Assembly (NCBI GenBank): GCA_036918135.1
Contig: JBALDB010000006.1
Location: 32,001-96,000 of the forward strand
Length of the DNA stretch: 64,000 nucleotides
Reading direction: 5' to 3'
Source: Nostoc sp.
Lineage (GTDB): Bacteria; Cyanobacteriota; Cyanobacteriia; Cyanobacteriales; Nostocaceae
Shown here: positions 10,208-21,080 of the stretch, in pieces
Layout of the letters: every line of letters starts with the position of its first letter
Position numbering within the stretch: the stretch's first letter is position 1
Position numbers and translations under genes: made by a program
The notes under the pieces: model-generated
What the model saw: only the letters and a program-made list of their open reading frames with translations
What the model was told of the DNA's origin: nothing
Database searches by the model: none

Positions 10208-11617
10208 ATGAATTCGATTTTTTGGTGCGTTAATTCTACCTGGATTGTCTTAGCGGTCGCTATTTTTTGTCCAATAGCAAGTGCAACAACTCCCCCAAAA
10301 CCACAAAATTCCTCAAATTCTTTACAGGTTCCCGATTCCCTCAACCCCAATCCCAATCCTCTGCAATTTCCTACCAAGCCGCAGGAAGTACAGATTCGGG
10401 AAACTGTACCAATCAGTTTGACCCAAGCTTTGGAATTAGCACGACGCAATAACCGAGATTTACAAGCAGCCATCTTAGAACTAGAACGCAGTCGTTCAGC
10501 ACTACGCGAATCTCAAGCTACCTTATTTCCTAGTCTTGAACTTAACGCAAATCCGACTAACAATGGTAACGGTTTTAGAAACAGTTCATCTCAAGCCAGA
10601 ACCACTTTCACTGGTTCAGCACAAATAAATTATGACCTGTCTACCTCTGGTAACCGACAAGCTACTATTCGAGCTGCTGAGGAACAGTTACGCCTAGATG
10701 AATTAACTGTTGAAAGCCAATCTCTAGAAATTCAGCTCAATGTTACGACTGAATATTATGATTTGCAACAGGCAGATGAAGAAGTACGAATTAATCAGTC
10801 TGCTGTGAATAATGCCCAGGCGAGTTTGCGGGATACTCAAGCTCGATTAGATGCTGGAGTGGGTACGCGGTTTGATGTGCTGCAAGCTCAGGTAAATTTA
10901 GCAAATGCCCAACAACAACTGACTAATGCTATTTCGCAACAGCAAATTGCCCGTCGTCAACTTGCAACTCGGTTAAGTTTAGCCCAATCGGTTAATATCA
11001 CTGCCTCAGATCCTGTAGGATTGGCAGGTCTTTGGCAGCCAACACTGGAAGAAACGATTGTCCGAGCTTTTCAAAATCGTCCAGAATTACAACAGCAATT
11101 AGCACAACGTAATATTAACGAGCAACAACGACGACAAGCACTTTCACAGCTGGGGCCACAAATTGGTTTGGTAGGCAGCTACAACCTATTAGATCGCTAC
11201 AACGATGGAGTCAGCATTACTGATGGCTATTCAGTGGGAGGGCAAGTAAATCTAAATTTGTTTGATGCAGGAGCAGCAAGAGCGCGTGCAGCTCAATCGA
11301 GAACTAATGTTGCGATCGCAGAAGCTCAATTTGCTAGCCAGCGCGACCTAGTTCGCTTTGATGTAGAACAGTATTATTCTCAATTACAAGCTAATTTAAA
11401 TAATGTGCAAACTTCTAGTGTGGCTTTAAATCAAGCTACACAGGCTTTGGAATTAGCCAGGTTGAGATTCCAAGCTGGTGTCGGAACTCAAACAGAGGTA
11501 ATTGATGCCGAAAATGACCTGACAAGAGCACAAGGAAATCGAGTTACAGCTATTTTGGATTACAATCGCGCTCTAGCTAATTTACAAAGATCCGTCACTT
11601 CCAGGGCTTCGCGCTAA
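10208..11617 (+). CDS. TolC-family outer membrane efflux protein
   Basis: ISLTQALELARRNNRDL, GVGTRFDVLQAQV, RFQAGVGTQTEVIDAENDL; ATG at 10208 followed by a signal peptide; the upstream GTG extension reads through STRR-like DNA. Confidence 0.92.
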   Translation: MNSIFWCVNSTWIVLAVAIFCPIASATTPPKPQNSSNSLQVPDSLNPNPNPLQFPTKPQEVQIRETVPISLTQALELARRNNRDLQAAILELERSRSALRESQATLFPSLELNANPTNNGNGFRNSSSQARTTFTGSAQINYDLSTSGNRQATIRAAEEQLRLDELTVESQSLEIQLNVTTEYYDLQQADEEVRINQSAVNNAQASLRDTQARLDAGVGTRFDVLQAQVNLANAQQQLTNAISQQQIARRQLATRLSLAQSVNITASDPVGLAGLWQPTLEETIVRAFQNRPELQQQLAQRNINEQQRRQALSQLGPQIGLVGSYNLLDRYNDGVSITDGYSVGGQVNLNLFDAGAARARAAQSRTNVAIAEAQFASQRDLVRFDVEQYYSQLQANLNNVQTSSVALNQATQALELARLRFQAGVGTQTEVIDAENDLTRAQGNRVTAILDYNRALANLQRSVTSRASR

Positions 11618-11783
11618 AGTCGAATTATTACACAAAACCATCCATAGCTGTAGTCGAGATAGGGAAAGTAAAGTTTTCTCAGTATATATTTCTAAAGATA
11701 GAAGCTATTCACGAGATTTCTCTGTTAGCAATCAGTAACATTAGCCACAAAAACCTGATAAATTAAAAACTACAGAGATAAAA

Positions 11784-12194
11784 ATGGTGAATAAACGCGG
11801 CAACGCTGCAAATTTAATCCCCTATCTTCCAAAATGGCAACATTTACCCACTAAATCGATTCGCGTACCAGAGATGTTTGTGCAAAAGGTGTTGCAATAT
11901 GCTCGGCAACTAGATGCACAAAAACCAGATAAACGCATTGAAATTCGCCAAGACTTTGATGCAGTAGTAGTGATTGGCCCCTATGACCCAAGAGGTACTT
12001 TTCAGATCAAAGCCAGATCGATACAAGGATGGCGTTTTCATCGCGAGAGCGAGAGTTGGTGGTATCCTCTAGAAAAGATTGAAGAAGTTGTAGCAGTGTT
12101 TCCAGAATGGGTACTAGATGAAAATGCCAAAGCCGCGATCGCACTTATTCAAGCTAAAAGGGCACTCCAATGGCAATTAGAGGATTTAAACTAA
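11784..12194 (+). CDS. Hypothetical protein (possible N-terminal DNA-binding module)
   Basis: Clean 136-aa ORF with AGAG RBS; KWQHLPTKSIRVPE...VLQYARQLD followed by GWRFHRESESWWYP. Confidence 0.65.
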   Translation: MVNKRGNAANLIPYLPKWQHLPTKSIRVPEMFVQKVLQYARQLDAQKPDKRIEIRQDFDAVVVIGPYDPRGTFQIKARSIQGWRFHRESESWWYPLEKIEEVVAVFPEWVLDENAKAAIALIQAKRALQWQLEDLN

Positions 12195-12267
12195 GATGAT
12201 TATTCAGCGAGCGTCCTGAAGATAGGGCATCATCCTAGATTTTTGGTGCGTTAGGACTAATTCCCAT

Positions 12268-12352
12268 AAGGAACTGACAAAAAAATATCTCACTGTTGAC
12301 ACTCAATACTCATCAACTTCAAATGGGATAATTTATTTCTTGAAATTCCGTA
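12268..12352. repeat. Small dispersed repeat / MITE-like element, family A
   Basis: aaaaatatctcactgttgac...catcaacttcaaatgggataatttatttcttgaaattcc closely matches about 16100-16170; partial copies at about 14080-14101, 20528-20566 (reverse) and 25233-25259 (reverse). Confidence 0.7.
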
Positions 12353-12400
12353 ACGCACCTGATAAAACTGTCTTCTACTGAATCGGTGTCAATAGTTTTG

Positions 12401-12964
12401 ATGAAGCTGTATCTCCAAGTTTTTCTAACAATTACGATTATCTTTCTTACATCTTGCCAATCAACAGAAATTCCATCAAAATCACAACCTAACGCTACTC
12501 AAACAAGCGGCTCTCAAAAGATAGTGACTCTAGATAAAAATTTCCAGATAGCAATGGGTCAAACTATCTATGTTCCTGTCTATTCTCATATTTATCATTA
12601 CAATCGGCAGGAAGTTTTTGAGTTAGCAGTTACCCTCAGTATTCGGAATACAGATTTGAATAATCCCATCGTAATTACTTCTGTGCGCTACTATAACTCA
12701 GATGGAAAATTAGTTAAGCAATATTTGGAGCGACCGATTCAACTTGATGCCCTAGCTTCCACAGATTTTTTTATTAATAGAAATGATACCACTGGAGGTT
12801 TAGGAGCAAACTTTATTGTGGAGTGGGTAGCGCAAACAGAAATATCTGAACCTATAGTAGAAGCAGTGATGATTGGTACTGATTTTCAGCAAGGAATTTC
12901 TTTTACTAGTACTGGTAAAGTTATTAAAAGTCAAAATAATCAAAAGCGATCGCCTTCAAAATAG
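12401..12964 (+). CDS. DUF3124-family lipoprotein
   Basis: Lipobox LTSC; GQTIYVPVYSHIY, TLSIRNTD, GGLGANFIVEW, PIVEAVM. Confidence 0.85.
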   Translation: MKLYLQVFLTITIIFLTSCQSTEIPSKSQPNATQTSGSQKIVTLDKNFQIAMGQTIYVPVYSHIYHYNRQEVFELAVTLSIRNTDLNNPIVITSVRYYNSDGKLVKQYLERPIQLDALASTDFFINRNDTTGGLGANFIVEWVAQTEISEPIVEAVMIGTDFQQGISFTSTGKVIKSQNNQKRSPSK

Positions 12965-13029
12965 ACTAAAATCAAGCACAAGGGAGAAAATCTTAAATAG
13001 GTACGTTAGGGGCTTTAGCCTAGATGGCA

Positions 13030-14028
13030 TTAGCGTTCACTATCTAGCATTTTCATTTGCTCTTCGTTGTAACGAGTGCCTGCGATCGCTTGTAATGGAA
13101 TTGCTGCTTCGATGCGAGTTAAGTCCTCTGAAGACAAGTTTAGATCGACAGCTGCTAACGCTTCCTCAAGTTGGCTTCGCTTGCGTGCGCCAATCACCGG
13201 AATAATATTTTTACTTTTAGTAAGTACCCAGGCAATAGCCAATTGTGAAGGGAGAATACCTTTATTTGCAGCAATTTGCTTTAACTCTTCGACTAGGCGC
13301 TGGTTTTGTGCTAAGTTTTCTGGGCTGAAACGTGGGAAGTTAGCACGGGAATCACCCTGTGTTGCTGGAATTGAGCCGCTCAGTAGTCCTCGTGAAAGAA
13401 CACCATAGGCAGTCACACCGATACCAAGTTCTTTTAGTACTGCAAATATCTCAGTTTCAGGACTACGGCTAATCAAGGAGTACTCTATTTGAAGGTCACT
13501 AATGGGATGGACGCTGTGTGCGCGCCGGATAGTCTCAACTCCCACCTCGGAAAGCCCGATGTATCGAACATAACCATCTGTCACTAAATCAGCGATCGCT
13601 CCAATGGTGTCTTCAATCGGAACTTGTGGGTCTAGTCTAGCTGGGCGGTAGATGTCGATGTGGTCTACTCCCAAACGAGCAAGACTATAAGTTGCAAAAT
13701 TTTTCACTGAGCTAGGACGCATATCGATACCAACCCATCCACCATCAGGAGAACGTAAAGCGCCAAATTTCACAGATAGCAAAGCCTTGTCCCGACGATC
13801 TTGGAGCGCACGACCAATTAGCATCTCATTATGCCCACTAGCATAGAAATCGCCAGTGTCTGATAGTGTAATACCGCGATCGATAGCTGCATGGATGGTG
13901 GCAATGCTTTCTTTATCGTCTGTTGAACCGTACACACCAGACATACCCATACATCCGAGAGCTAAAGGAAAAACAGTTAGACCTGTAGAGCCGACTTGCC
14001 GAGGTTCAACTTGATTTTCTGTAGTCAT
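13030..14028 (-). CDS. Aldo/keto reductase
   Basis: LALGCMGMS, DTGDFY, SVKFG, YIGLSE, LQIEYSL, PVIGARK. Confidence 0.95.
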   Translation of the reverse strand: MTTENQVEPRQVGSTGLTVFPLALGCMGMSGVYGSTDDKESIATIHAAIDRGITLSDTGDFYASGHNEMLIGRALQDRRDKALLSVKFGALRSPDGGWVGIDMRPSSVKNFATYSLARLGVDHIDIYRPARLDPQVPIEDTIGAIADLVTDGYVRYIGLSEVGVETIRRAHSVHPISDLQIEYSLISRSPETEIFAVLKELGIGVTAYGVLSRGLLSGSIPATQGDSRANFPRFSPENLAQNQRLVEELKQIAANKGILPSQLAIAWVLTKSKNIIPVIGARKRSQLEEALAAVDLNLSSEDLTRIEAAIPLQAIAGTRYNEEQMKMLDSER

Positions 14029-14100
14029 ATTTGTTTTTTCAGTTATTTTGCGTCACTGGCGTTTATCAGTCATCAGTCGCAACTTCAAAGCCAGATAATT

Positions 14101-14186
14101 TATAGCCGTAGTCACACCCTTTAGGACATAATGACAAGCATGAATGCTAGGAATAGTAATAGTTCTACCTCCCGCCTCCTGCTATA
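14101..14186. repeat. Small dispersed repeat, family B (TATAGC...GCTATA ends)
   Basis: tatagccgtagtcacaccctttaggacat...gcctcctgctata; second copy at about 20578-20686. Confidence 0.7.
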
Positions 14187-14201
14187 TTTCTTCGAGTTTC
14201 C

Positions 14202-15755
14202 TTAATCATCCTCAAGTTTCAGCAATTGTTCATCAATAGTTCGTACCCGCCCTTGCACAATTTCTTCTGAAAGAATTCGCTTCCGCATTGCCTCATTGAG
14301 CGCTCCTTTTTCCGCCAAAAGTAAACGGCGGCGGATAGCATCTAGTTTACTGAGTTCGCCATTTTGGGCTGACAATTTCTCTGGACGGCGATTATATAAT
14401 TCCCGTAGTGCCTTTTCTGCTTTTGCGATTCGCACTTGATAAGCTGCACGCATCTCTTCATAAACGGCTTTTGGCAATACTCCTGATTTCAACAGGCTAT
14501 CTAATTCATCTTGTGCAGCTTTACTTGTCATCAACTCGGCTTGTAATTCTTCAATTTGCTGCTGAGCTTCTGAAAATTGAGATAATTTTAAGTGTTTTAC
14601 CACCCAAGGCAAACTTAAACCCTGTCCGACTAATGACACCAGCACACTCCCGAAGACTAAAGCAATAAGGATTTCTCGCCCCGGTAATGTTGTGGGTAGA
14701 CTCAAAGCCAGAGCCATCGAGAGTGAACCTTTAATATTGCCTAAAAACAGTAAATGTTTCCAGCGTAGGGGAATTGGACGGTCAAACCAACGAATTCCTG
14801 CTAGTAATGGATAGACTGTAAAAAGTCGTCCGACTTGATAAGCTAAAACTACAAATAGAATTGCAGGTAAAGTTTTCCAAAGTGTTCCCAAATCTATTTC
14901 TACACCAATCAGTAGAAAAATAAATGTATTGACCGTAAAACTGGCATATTCCCAGAAACTCAACAATGTGATCCGATTAGAAGCAGAAGTATTCCGAGAA
15001 AGTCCCAAATTTCCGAAAATTAGTCCCGCTACAACTACAGCCACAGCACCGGATACGCCTAGAGACTGACCTACCTGAAAAGTCCCTAAAGCAACTGCAA
15101 CTGTCAACAACAAACTGCTGAGGGCATCATCTAAACGGGCAAACACAGGTATGCTTAAGTAACCTAAGATTAACCCGACAACGCAGCCTCCCAGAGAAAT
15201 AAATAGCAGTTGTTCAATTCCTTCTAGTAATGTTAGTGAACCTGTGGAATATACTTGCGAAACCAGGTTGAACGAAACTAAGGCAGTTGCATCATTAAAT
15301 AAGGTTTCTCCTTCAACGATGGTGGAAAGCCGGGAAGGCACTGATATTTCCTTAAAGACGGCAATCATGGAAACTGTATCAGTGTTTGCCAGACTTACTC
15401 CCACAAATAAGGCAGCTATCCAACTTAATCCCAGCCCGAATTTTAATAGTACGGCAATAATTCCACTGGAAAGTAAAGCCCCTGGCCCAGCCAGCAGGGC
15501 AATTGGTTTAAATGTGCTGCGTAGGCGGCTGACATCAGTATTAATACCAGCTTCAAAAATGAGAATTGGCAGGAAAAGATTTAAAACCAAGGAAGGATTT
15601 AAACCAAGGGGACGAGACAACAATTCAGTAATTGGTAAACCTGCCAATACTAAACCAGTGACATAAGGAATTCTTAACCGTCGGGACAGCAAAGCTACAC
15701 CTGTAGCTAGCAGTAAGAGAATAATTGAAACTTTGACTAATTGAGTTACATCCAC
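14202..15755 (-). CDS. Na+/H+ antiporter (CPA1 family)
   Basis: About 12 TMs, FLPILIFEAG, ANTDTVS, VEGETLFNDAT, IKGSLSMALAL, cytoplasmic C-tail. Confidence 0.93.
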   Translation of the reverse strand: MDVTQLVKVSIILLLLATGVALLSRRLRIPYVTGLVLAGLPITELLSRPLGLNPSLVLNLFLPILIFEAGINTDVSRLRSTFKPIALLAGPGALLSSGIIAVLLKFGLGLSWIAALFVGVSLANTDTVSMIAVFKEISVPSRLSTIVEGETLFNDATALVSFNLVSQVYSTGSLTLLEGIEQLLFISLGGCVVGLILGYLSIPVFARLDDALSSLLLTVAVALGTFQVGQSLGVSGAVAVVVAGLIFGNLGLSRNTSASNRITLLSFWEYASFTVNTFIFLLIGVEIDLGTLWKTLPAILFVVLAYQVGRLFTVYPLLAGIRWFDRPIPLRWKHLLFLGNIKGSLSMALALSLPTTLPGREILIALVFGSVLVSLVGQGLSLPWVVKHLKLSQFSEAQQQIEELQAELMTSKAAQDELDSLLKSGVLPKAVYEEMRAAYQVRIAKAEKALRELYNRRPEKLSAQNGELSKLDAIRRRLLLAEKGALNEAMRKRILSEEIVQGRVRTIDEQLLKLEDD

Positions 15756-16099
15756 TATTACGTTTTAGAAAAGCGATCCTGACTGATAAATTCTCGCCTT
15801 ACTGCTGCCAAATTAGCAAGTTTAGATACATATAAAATCTTATTTACGTTTGAGTAGCTAATTTTATAGGATACAAACCTAAAAGATAACTTATTGCTAC
15901 AGAGAGTCGATGTTGGAGAAATGGTGAATACTGCCCTTGCTGGCATTGCCTCTCAAAAAGCTAGTTTTGATGCTTTTGTCGCAAGTGTAGGAGCTAGTAA
16001 GGCAAATCTCCAACGGTTGGCTATTTTACAACCTTTTAGCAAAAGATGAGCAAGCCCCCAAATCCTCCTATCTGTTTGTCTCCTCAAGCACTTCTCTCT

Positions 16100-16171
16100 A
16101 AAAAATATCCCACTGTTTACAGTCATTAGTCATCAACTTCAAACAGGATAATTATATTTCTTGGAATTCCC
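16100..16171. repeat. Small dispersed repeat, family A copy
   Basis: Aligns by eye to 12280-12349. Confidence 0.7.
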
Positions 16172-16251
16172 TCATCCTCTGACTAAGGTGTGGGTTAGGA
16201 ACGTCGAACTTCTTCTATTTGACCAACTCAATAATTTTCCAAGATTAAGTC

Positions 16252-16608
16252 TTATTGCGGTTGTCTATAATTCTGTTGAAGTCTAAATTCATCCATCTCG
16301 CGTCTTTGTTGTTCTCTTAATTGGCTGGTATTAGGTTTTGTAAACGGTTGTTGTCTGATTTGATTCTCTATACGAAATTGTTCAATCCGCTGTTGTTGTT
16401 GTAGTCTGACTACATCTTGCTGCTGTCGAAATTGTTCCCACAGTTGTTGAGAAGATTGTGCTGGCTCCTGTATTTGTTGTGGCTTCAGCTGCTTTTGGTT
16501 TTGAGGTGTCGTCTGTGTAATATTTGCTTGCACAGGAGAAAAGCCGATCAAATCTATTGTCAAGACAATAAGTAGTAGCCCTGGTTTAACTATTAATGAA
16601 CGATACAT
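16252..16608 (-). CDS. Secreted Gln-rich hypothetical protein
   Basis: Signal peptide (SPVQA), repeated EQFRxQQ motifs. Confidence 0.65.
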   Translation of the reverse strand: MYRSLIVKPGLLLIVLTIDLIGFSPVQANITQTTPQNQKQLKPQQIQEPAQSSQQLWEQFRQQQDVVRLQQQQRIEQFRIENQIRQQPFTKPNTSQLREQQRREMDEFRLQQNYRQPQ

Positions 16609-17486
16609 ACAGTTTTTCAAAGGTATTTTAGATTGGTAATATTGCTGAATGAAAATCCGAATTCCACTCTTGTCGGTAAATAAGTATTGTCTATCTTAAT
16701 TTGACTCAACCTGAGCTTTCTTTAGGACATCAAATAGTAATTTTGCTGCTCTGCTATCAAGCATGAGAATTTTTACCCTTTTTTATTAGAACACAATCAT
16801 CAGATGAGTGGTACTTCCTAAAGTTTATTTACCTTTCGATAGACCTATCAAATAACATCGAGTACAGCCTTAGATTAAATCGGCTAACCAACTGCGATCG
16901 CACCAATCCCAATCACCAGTAGTATGGTTTTGGAGATTCATTGTACCAACGATCGACAGTGGGTTATCAATTTCCATCGCTGCGAAGACAACCCAAACAC
17001 CACTGGGTAATTGTTGACGAAACAGTGGGACTTTATCAGAACAGCGGTCGGACGATACTATTATTATAGCTTTTTGTAGAGCAATCATTCCTGAATAGAG
17101 GCTGCTGTTGCCCTTTGAAGCAGTAACCTCTATCATTAGTACACCTAAGTCAGCCTTTTGAGGTAGACCATCCTATTTGTGTAAGAATGCAGCTGCTCAA
17201 TATTGTGTGTAGGCTTAGCCCGCCGTAGGCATCGCTTACTCTACTTTTATGGGAACATTAGAGAAAATTTTAGTCCTTAAACAAGCACGCATTGAATATA
17301 AAAGATTTAACTAATAAGCTAGATTTCAAAAAAGCAAAATTAATTATTACAAAAACTACTCTTAATTGGACACTGCTAAATATTTTATTTATTAGTCTAA
17401 AATGATTATTTATTATCTAACAATTGTACATAATTTATGCGCTTTTTCTGACTCAAAATACTGAATTATTAGACACTTATAAGTAT

Positions 17487-18330
17487 TTAGCGCTCTAATT
17501 GAATACACACAAAAAGGTCAGTTGCATCTAGAAAAATATTATAAGGTTTTACACTATAAGCGTAACAATCGAGACTATTGATAATTAAGTATAAAATATC
17601 AGTACTCAAAACTGTAGAGTGTCCAAGTGCATTTAGCTATAAGTAATTAGAAGAAAATGGATCGATATTGGAAATAATATTAAATAAAACATACTTTTTG
17701 GCGTACTTGACCATTTGATTGACAATATACTCAACAAACAAGTTATATTGTCGTACTTTGGTTACTAAAACTCCTAAACCTAAGACAATATCAAATTTAT
17801 TTTTTGGATAAAAATCAGGATGAATAAAATTCTTGATTTCAAACTCTTTTAAAGGAAACTTCTGCTAAAGGAAACTTCTGCTTTGCTGCTGCAACAAAAG
17901 CAGGAACAATATCAATGCCTAAATATTTTAATTCATTAATATCCGGTAATTGCAAGGTTAAGTAATCTAGAAGTTCTCCTTTGCCACAACCTACATCTAA
18001 AATGGAAGAATTTGGATGAATTACAATATCTTCAAAGAGTTTATCAAAAACTTTAAAATTTCTTTGCTCATTTCTTTCACCAATACTTTTAGATGATGTT
18101 AATCCCTCCTTGAATACCAGTTGACTATAGTGTTTGCTTATATGCTGTCCGTCTTCTAACCAGATATTTATAAGTTCATCTGAGAATTTTCTCATCTTAG
18201 TATATGATGCGAAGTAAGAGTCTGTGAAAATAGATTGGGGACTGACAAATAAAAAATATCCTATCGCTTTTAGGAGATAGCGGCGGGGAATAGGAAGAGA
18301 AGTTTGGAGCAGAGGCTTCTTTTGCTCCAA
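17487..18330 (-). pseudogene. Class I SAM-dependent methyltransferase, frameshifted
   Basis: ILDVGCGKG and YLGIDI motifs; exact 16-bp tandem duplication at 17851-17882 causes the frameshift; removing one copy restores FPLKEFEIKNF...KFDIVLGLGVL...; second lesion TAG at 17637-17639; final TAA at 17487-17489. Confidence 0.85.
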
Positions 18331-18762
18331 ACTTCGGGGGCAAGAAATGTCGTTTTGATTCCAAAAATTCGATAAATTATTTTTTGCACTTCTGTGACTT
18401 TGAGATTTCAGTTCATAAGTCTTTATGCGTTAGGATGACTACAGTGTGGGCAAAATACTTAACTAAAATGAGTAATAAACTACTAAGTATATTTTGTTTC
18501 ACTTTATACTTATGGATAACAGTTTGATAGTCGCTCAAATTTATAATTACCGTTAGCAAATATCAGTTTATTGAATTCATAATTAGAAAAGGGTATTGTT
18601 AAGAATGATGTATTGTAACAGTTATCAATTATTGAGTTATCGATTTTGTCCCTTAGGTCAAAGTCTCCCATTATATGCCTTCATTTAGGACTATTTAGTA
18701 CTGACTGGTTTAAATCCCCGACTATACGCCTGTTTACTGTTCACTGTTCACTGATTTAAGTA

Positions 18763-20250
18763 ATGGAACCACCTAAAGAATCATCAAATTTTCGACAAAA
18801 GGCATTAGAAGGTGTATTTTGGTCTGCAATTCAGAATTGGGGACGCCAAGCGATCGCCTTTGTTGTTTTTGCAATACTTGCGCGTCTACTTGGGCCTGAA
18901 ACCTTCGGTTTAGTTGCTTCAGCAAGTATCTTCTTGGCCTTCATCGGGATTTTCCTTGACCAAGGATTTTCTGTAGCAATCATCCAACGAAAGGAACTAG
19001 AAACAGAACATCTCGATACAGCGTTTTGGACTAATGTTGGTATCGGCTTGCTGATGACAGTTCTCAGCATTGCAGGTGCTGGATTAGTTGCCAACTTTTT
19101 TTCTCAACCGCAGTTAACACCAGTCATTCGCTGGTTATCTCTCAGCTTTGTAATTATTACCTTGAGTAGTACACAAGAAGCAATTTTTCAACGCAACCTT
19201 GATTTTAAACCTTTAGCAATACGCGAACTGATAGCGGTGTGTGTTGGTGGGGTAGTTGGCGTGGTGATGGCTTTCATGGGCTTTGGTATTTGGAGTCTAG
19301 TTAGTCAGCAGTTAACAAATGGTTTGGTTCAGATTGTAGTTCTCTGGTCGGCCAGTAATTGGCGACCAAGATTCAAGTTTTCCCCAAAGCATTTCAAAGA
19401 ATTATTTACGTTTGGTATTAATGTATTAGGAACTCAAATACTTAACTTTGTTAATCGTAGATCTGATGACTTACTAATTAGTTATTTTCTCGGTCCAGTT
19501 GCTTTGGGTTATTACTCCGTTGCTTACCGCTTGCTGATAATAATTACCCAATTATTAACTGGTGTGACAAATCAGGTAGCAATGCCTGCATTTTCTCGGT
19601 TACAGCAAGAACCTGAAAAGTTGAAAAGTGCTTTTTACAAAGTAACGCAACTTACAAGCCTAATTTCTTTTCCTGCATTTTTGGGTATGGCAGCATTAGC
19701 ACCCGAATTAGTAAGAGTTTTGTTCGGAGAGCAATGGTTGCCAAGTATTCCAGTGATGCAAGTACTGGCTTTTATTGGTATTGTTCATTCAGTTAGCTAC
19801 TTCAACGGTACTGTCCTGACAGCAATGGGTAAACCGTTTTGGAAACTGAGGCTAAACTTTATGCACTCCATAGCAAACGTTATCGGTTTTTCAATTGCTG
19901 TACACTGGGGAATTGTAGCTGTTGCAGCAATTTATGTGATTCGCAGCTACTTATTGACACCTATAGATCTGTGGTTTATTCGTAAACTAATTGGTATTAA
20001 ATTAAGTGGTTATCTGCGCCAATATGTGATTCCATTAGCTGGAGTACTGGGTATGGTCTTTGTGATTTTTACAGCTAAGGAATTATTAAAAAATCTCATA
20101 AATGTACAAACATTATTAGCTGTTTGCATATTGTTAGGCGGTATAACCTATGTAGTGCTTATTGTATTACTTGCACCAAATATAGTACAGCAAATACGTG
20201 AGATTCTTAACCTATTTATATCTAAAAAATTTGGACAGAGTAAAAGATAA
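18763..20250 (+). CDS. Polysaccharide flippase (Wzx/MOP family)
   Basis: LARLLGPETFGLV, AIIQRK..HLDTAFW, GPVALGYYSVAYRL, PAFSRLQ; 12-14 TMs. Confidence 0.92.
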   Translation: MEPPKESSNFRQKALEGVFWSAIQNWGRQAIAFVVFAILARLLGPETFGLVASASIFLAFIGIFLDQGFSVAIIQRKELETEHLDTAFWTNVGIGLLMTVLSIAGAGLVANFFSQPQLTPVIRWLSLSFVIITLSSTQEAIFQRNLDFKPLAIRELIAVCVGGVVGVVMAFMGFGIWSLVSQQLTNGLVQIVVLWSASNWRPRFKFSPKHFKELFTFGINVLGTQILNFVNRRSDDLLISYFLGPVALGYYSVAYRLLIIITQLLTGVTNQVAMPAFSRLQQEPEKLKSAFYKVTQLTSLISFPAFLGMAALAPELVRVLFGEQWLPSIPVMQVLAFIGIVHSVSYFNGTVLTAMGKPFWKLRLNFMHSIANVIGFSIAVHWGIVAVAAIYVIRSYLLTPIDLWFIRKLIGIKLSGYLRQYVIPLAGVLGMVFVIFTAKELLKNLINVQTLLAVCILLGGITYVVLIVLLAPNIVQQIREILNLFISKKFGQSKR

Positions 20251-20577
20251 TTAGCAATTATAAAGTCGTAACTACACTGTAAAAAGTTGACTTTTCTTTT
20301 TGCGCTGTCTATATCTGAAGTGGTTAAATAATTATTTTTCAACCACTTCAGGCTCAAAGAACACACGAGATAAGTCACCAATCGCGGCTTTTGCCGATTA
20401 TATAATTTGTGGCGAGTAAAATTCTTTTCTATAAATTCTACTTTTCGGTGAAGTCGTCGGCTAAACGTCACGCTCCGAGAATTTTGCTATAGCAATTTAA
20501 TTTATTAGTAGTAATATAATGCCCGTTTAGGGAACTTTAAGAAATAAATTATTCCGTTTAAAGTTGCGTGAATTTAA

Positions 20578-20686
20578 TATAGCCGTAGTCACACTCTTTA
20601 GGACATTTTGAAAGGGTGAAAGAAGAGAGTTAGCAATAGTTTTACCTCCAGCAAGAACTGCCCTCTGCCTCCTGCCTTCTGCTATA
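20578..20686. repeat. Small dispersed repeat, family B copy
   Basis: tatagccgtagtcacactctttaggacat...ctgcctcctgccttctgctata. Confidence 0.7.
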
Positions 20687-21080
20687 AATTTTAAAAAACC
20701 CCGCTTCCATTCCTCTTCCGATTTCGGGAAGAGGCTTAAAAATCTTATTCTTTCGTAGCAAGTTGAAGACTTTTTGCCCCTTCTGTTGTAAATAAGTCGG
20801 CACAATAAAACAAAACTATGTAAAGAAAAATAAACAAAGCTTAAACCCTTTTTCTTCCCGCCTCCTGCTCCCTGCTTCTTGCCTTATTTCAACAATAATT
20901 ATTTACACTGACTTACTTAGGAAACGGGTTATGTTGCGTCATACTTAGGTTATATATCCTTAGTAGGATAAAAAATAGTGTTCGCATACAAAAAATAAAT
21001 TACCTATACCTAAAGATAGATTGTGAGTTTGATTTCAACGGCGGTGAAATTCATTTTTAATCAAGTAATTAAATTGATAT

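Noticed and set aside
15760..16050. Possible fluoride (crcB) riboswitch upstream of the Na+/H+ antiporter
   Set aside because: I could not find the consensus GGxGATGGxGTTCxCC...GCTxATGACxxCT elements on the coding strand
16870..17136. 88-aa minus-strand ORF ending GDWDWCDRSWLADLI
   Set aside because: The C-terminal half looks protein-like and may be a gene remnant, but I cannot assign it and the start is unsupported
20315..20351. 11-bp inverted repeat ctgaagtggtt...aaccacttcag and overlapping 107-aa ORF
   Set aside because: No U-tract or recognisable family; insufficient evidence for a terminator, ncRNA or gene
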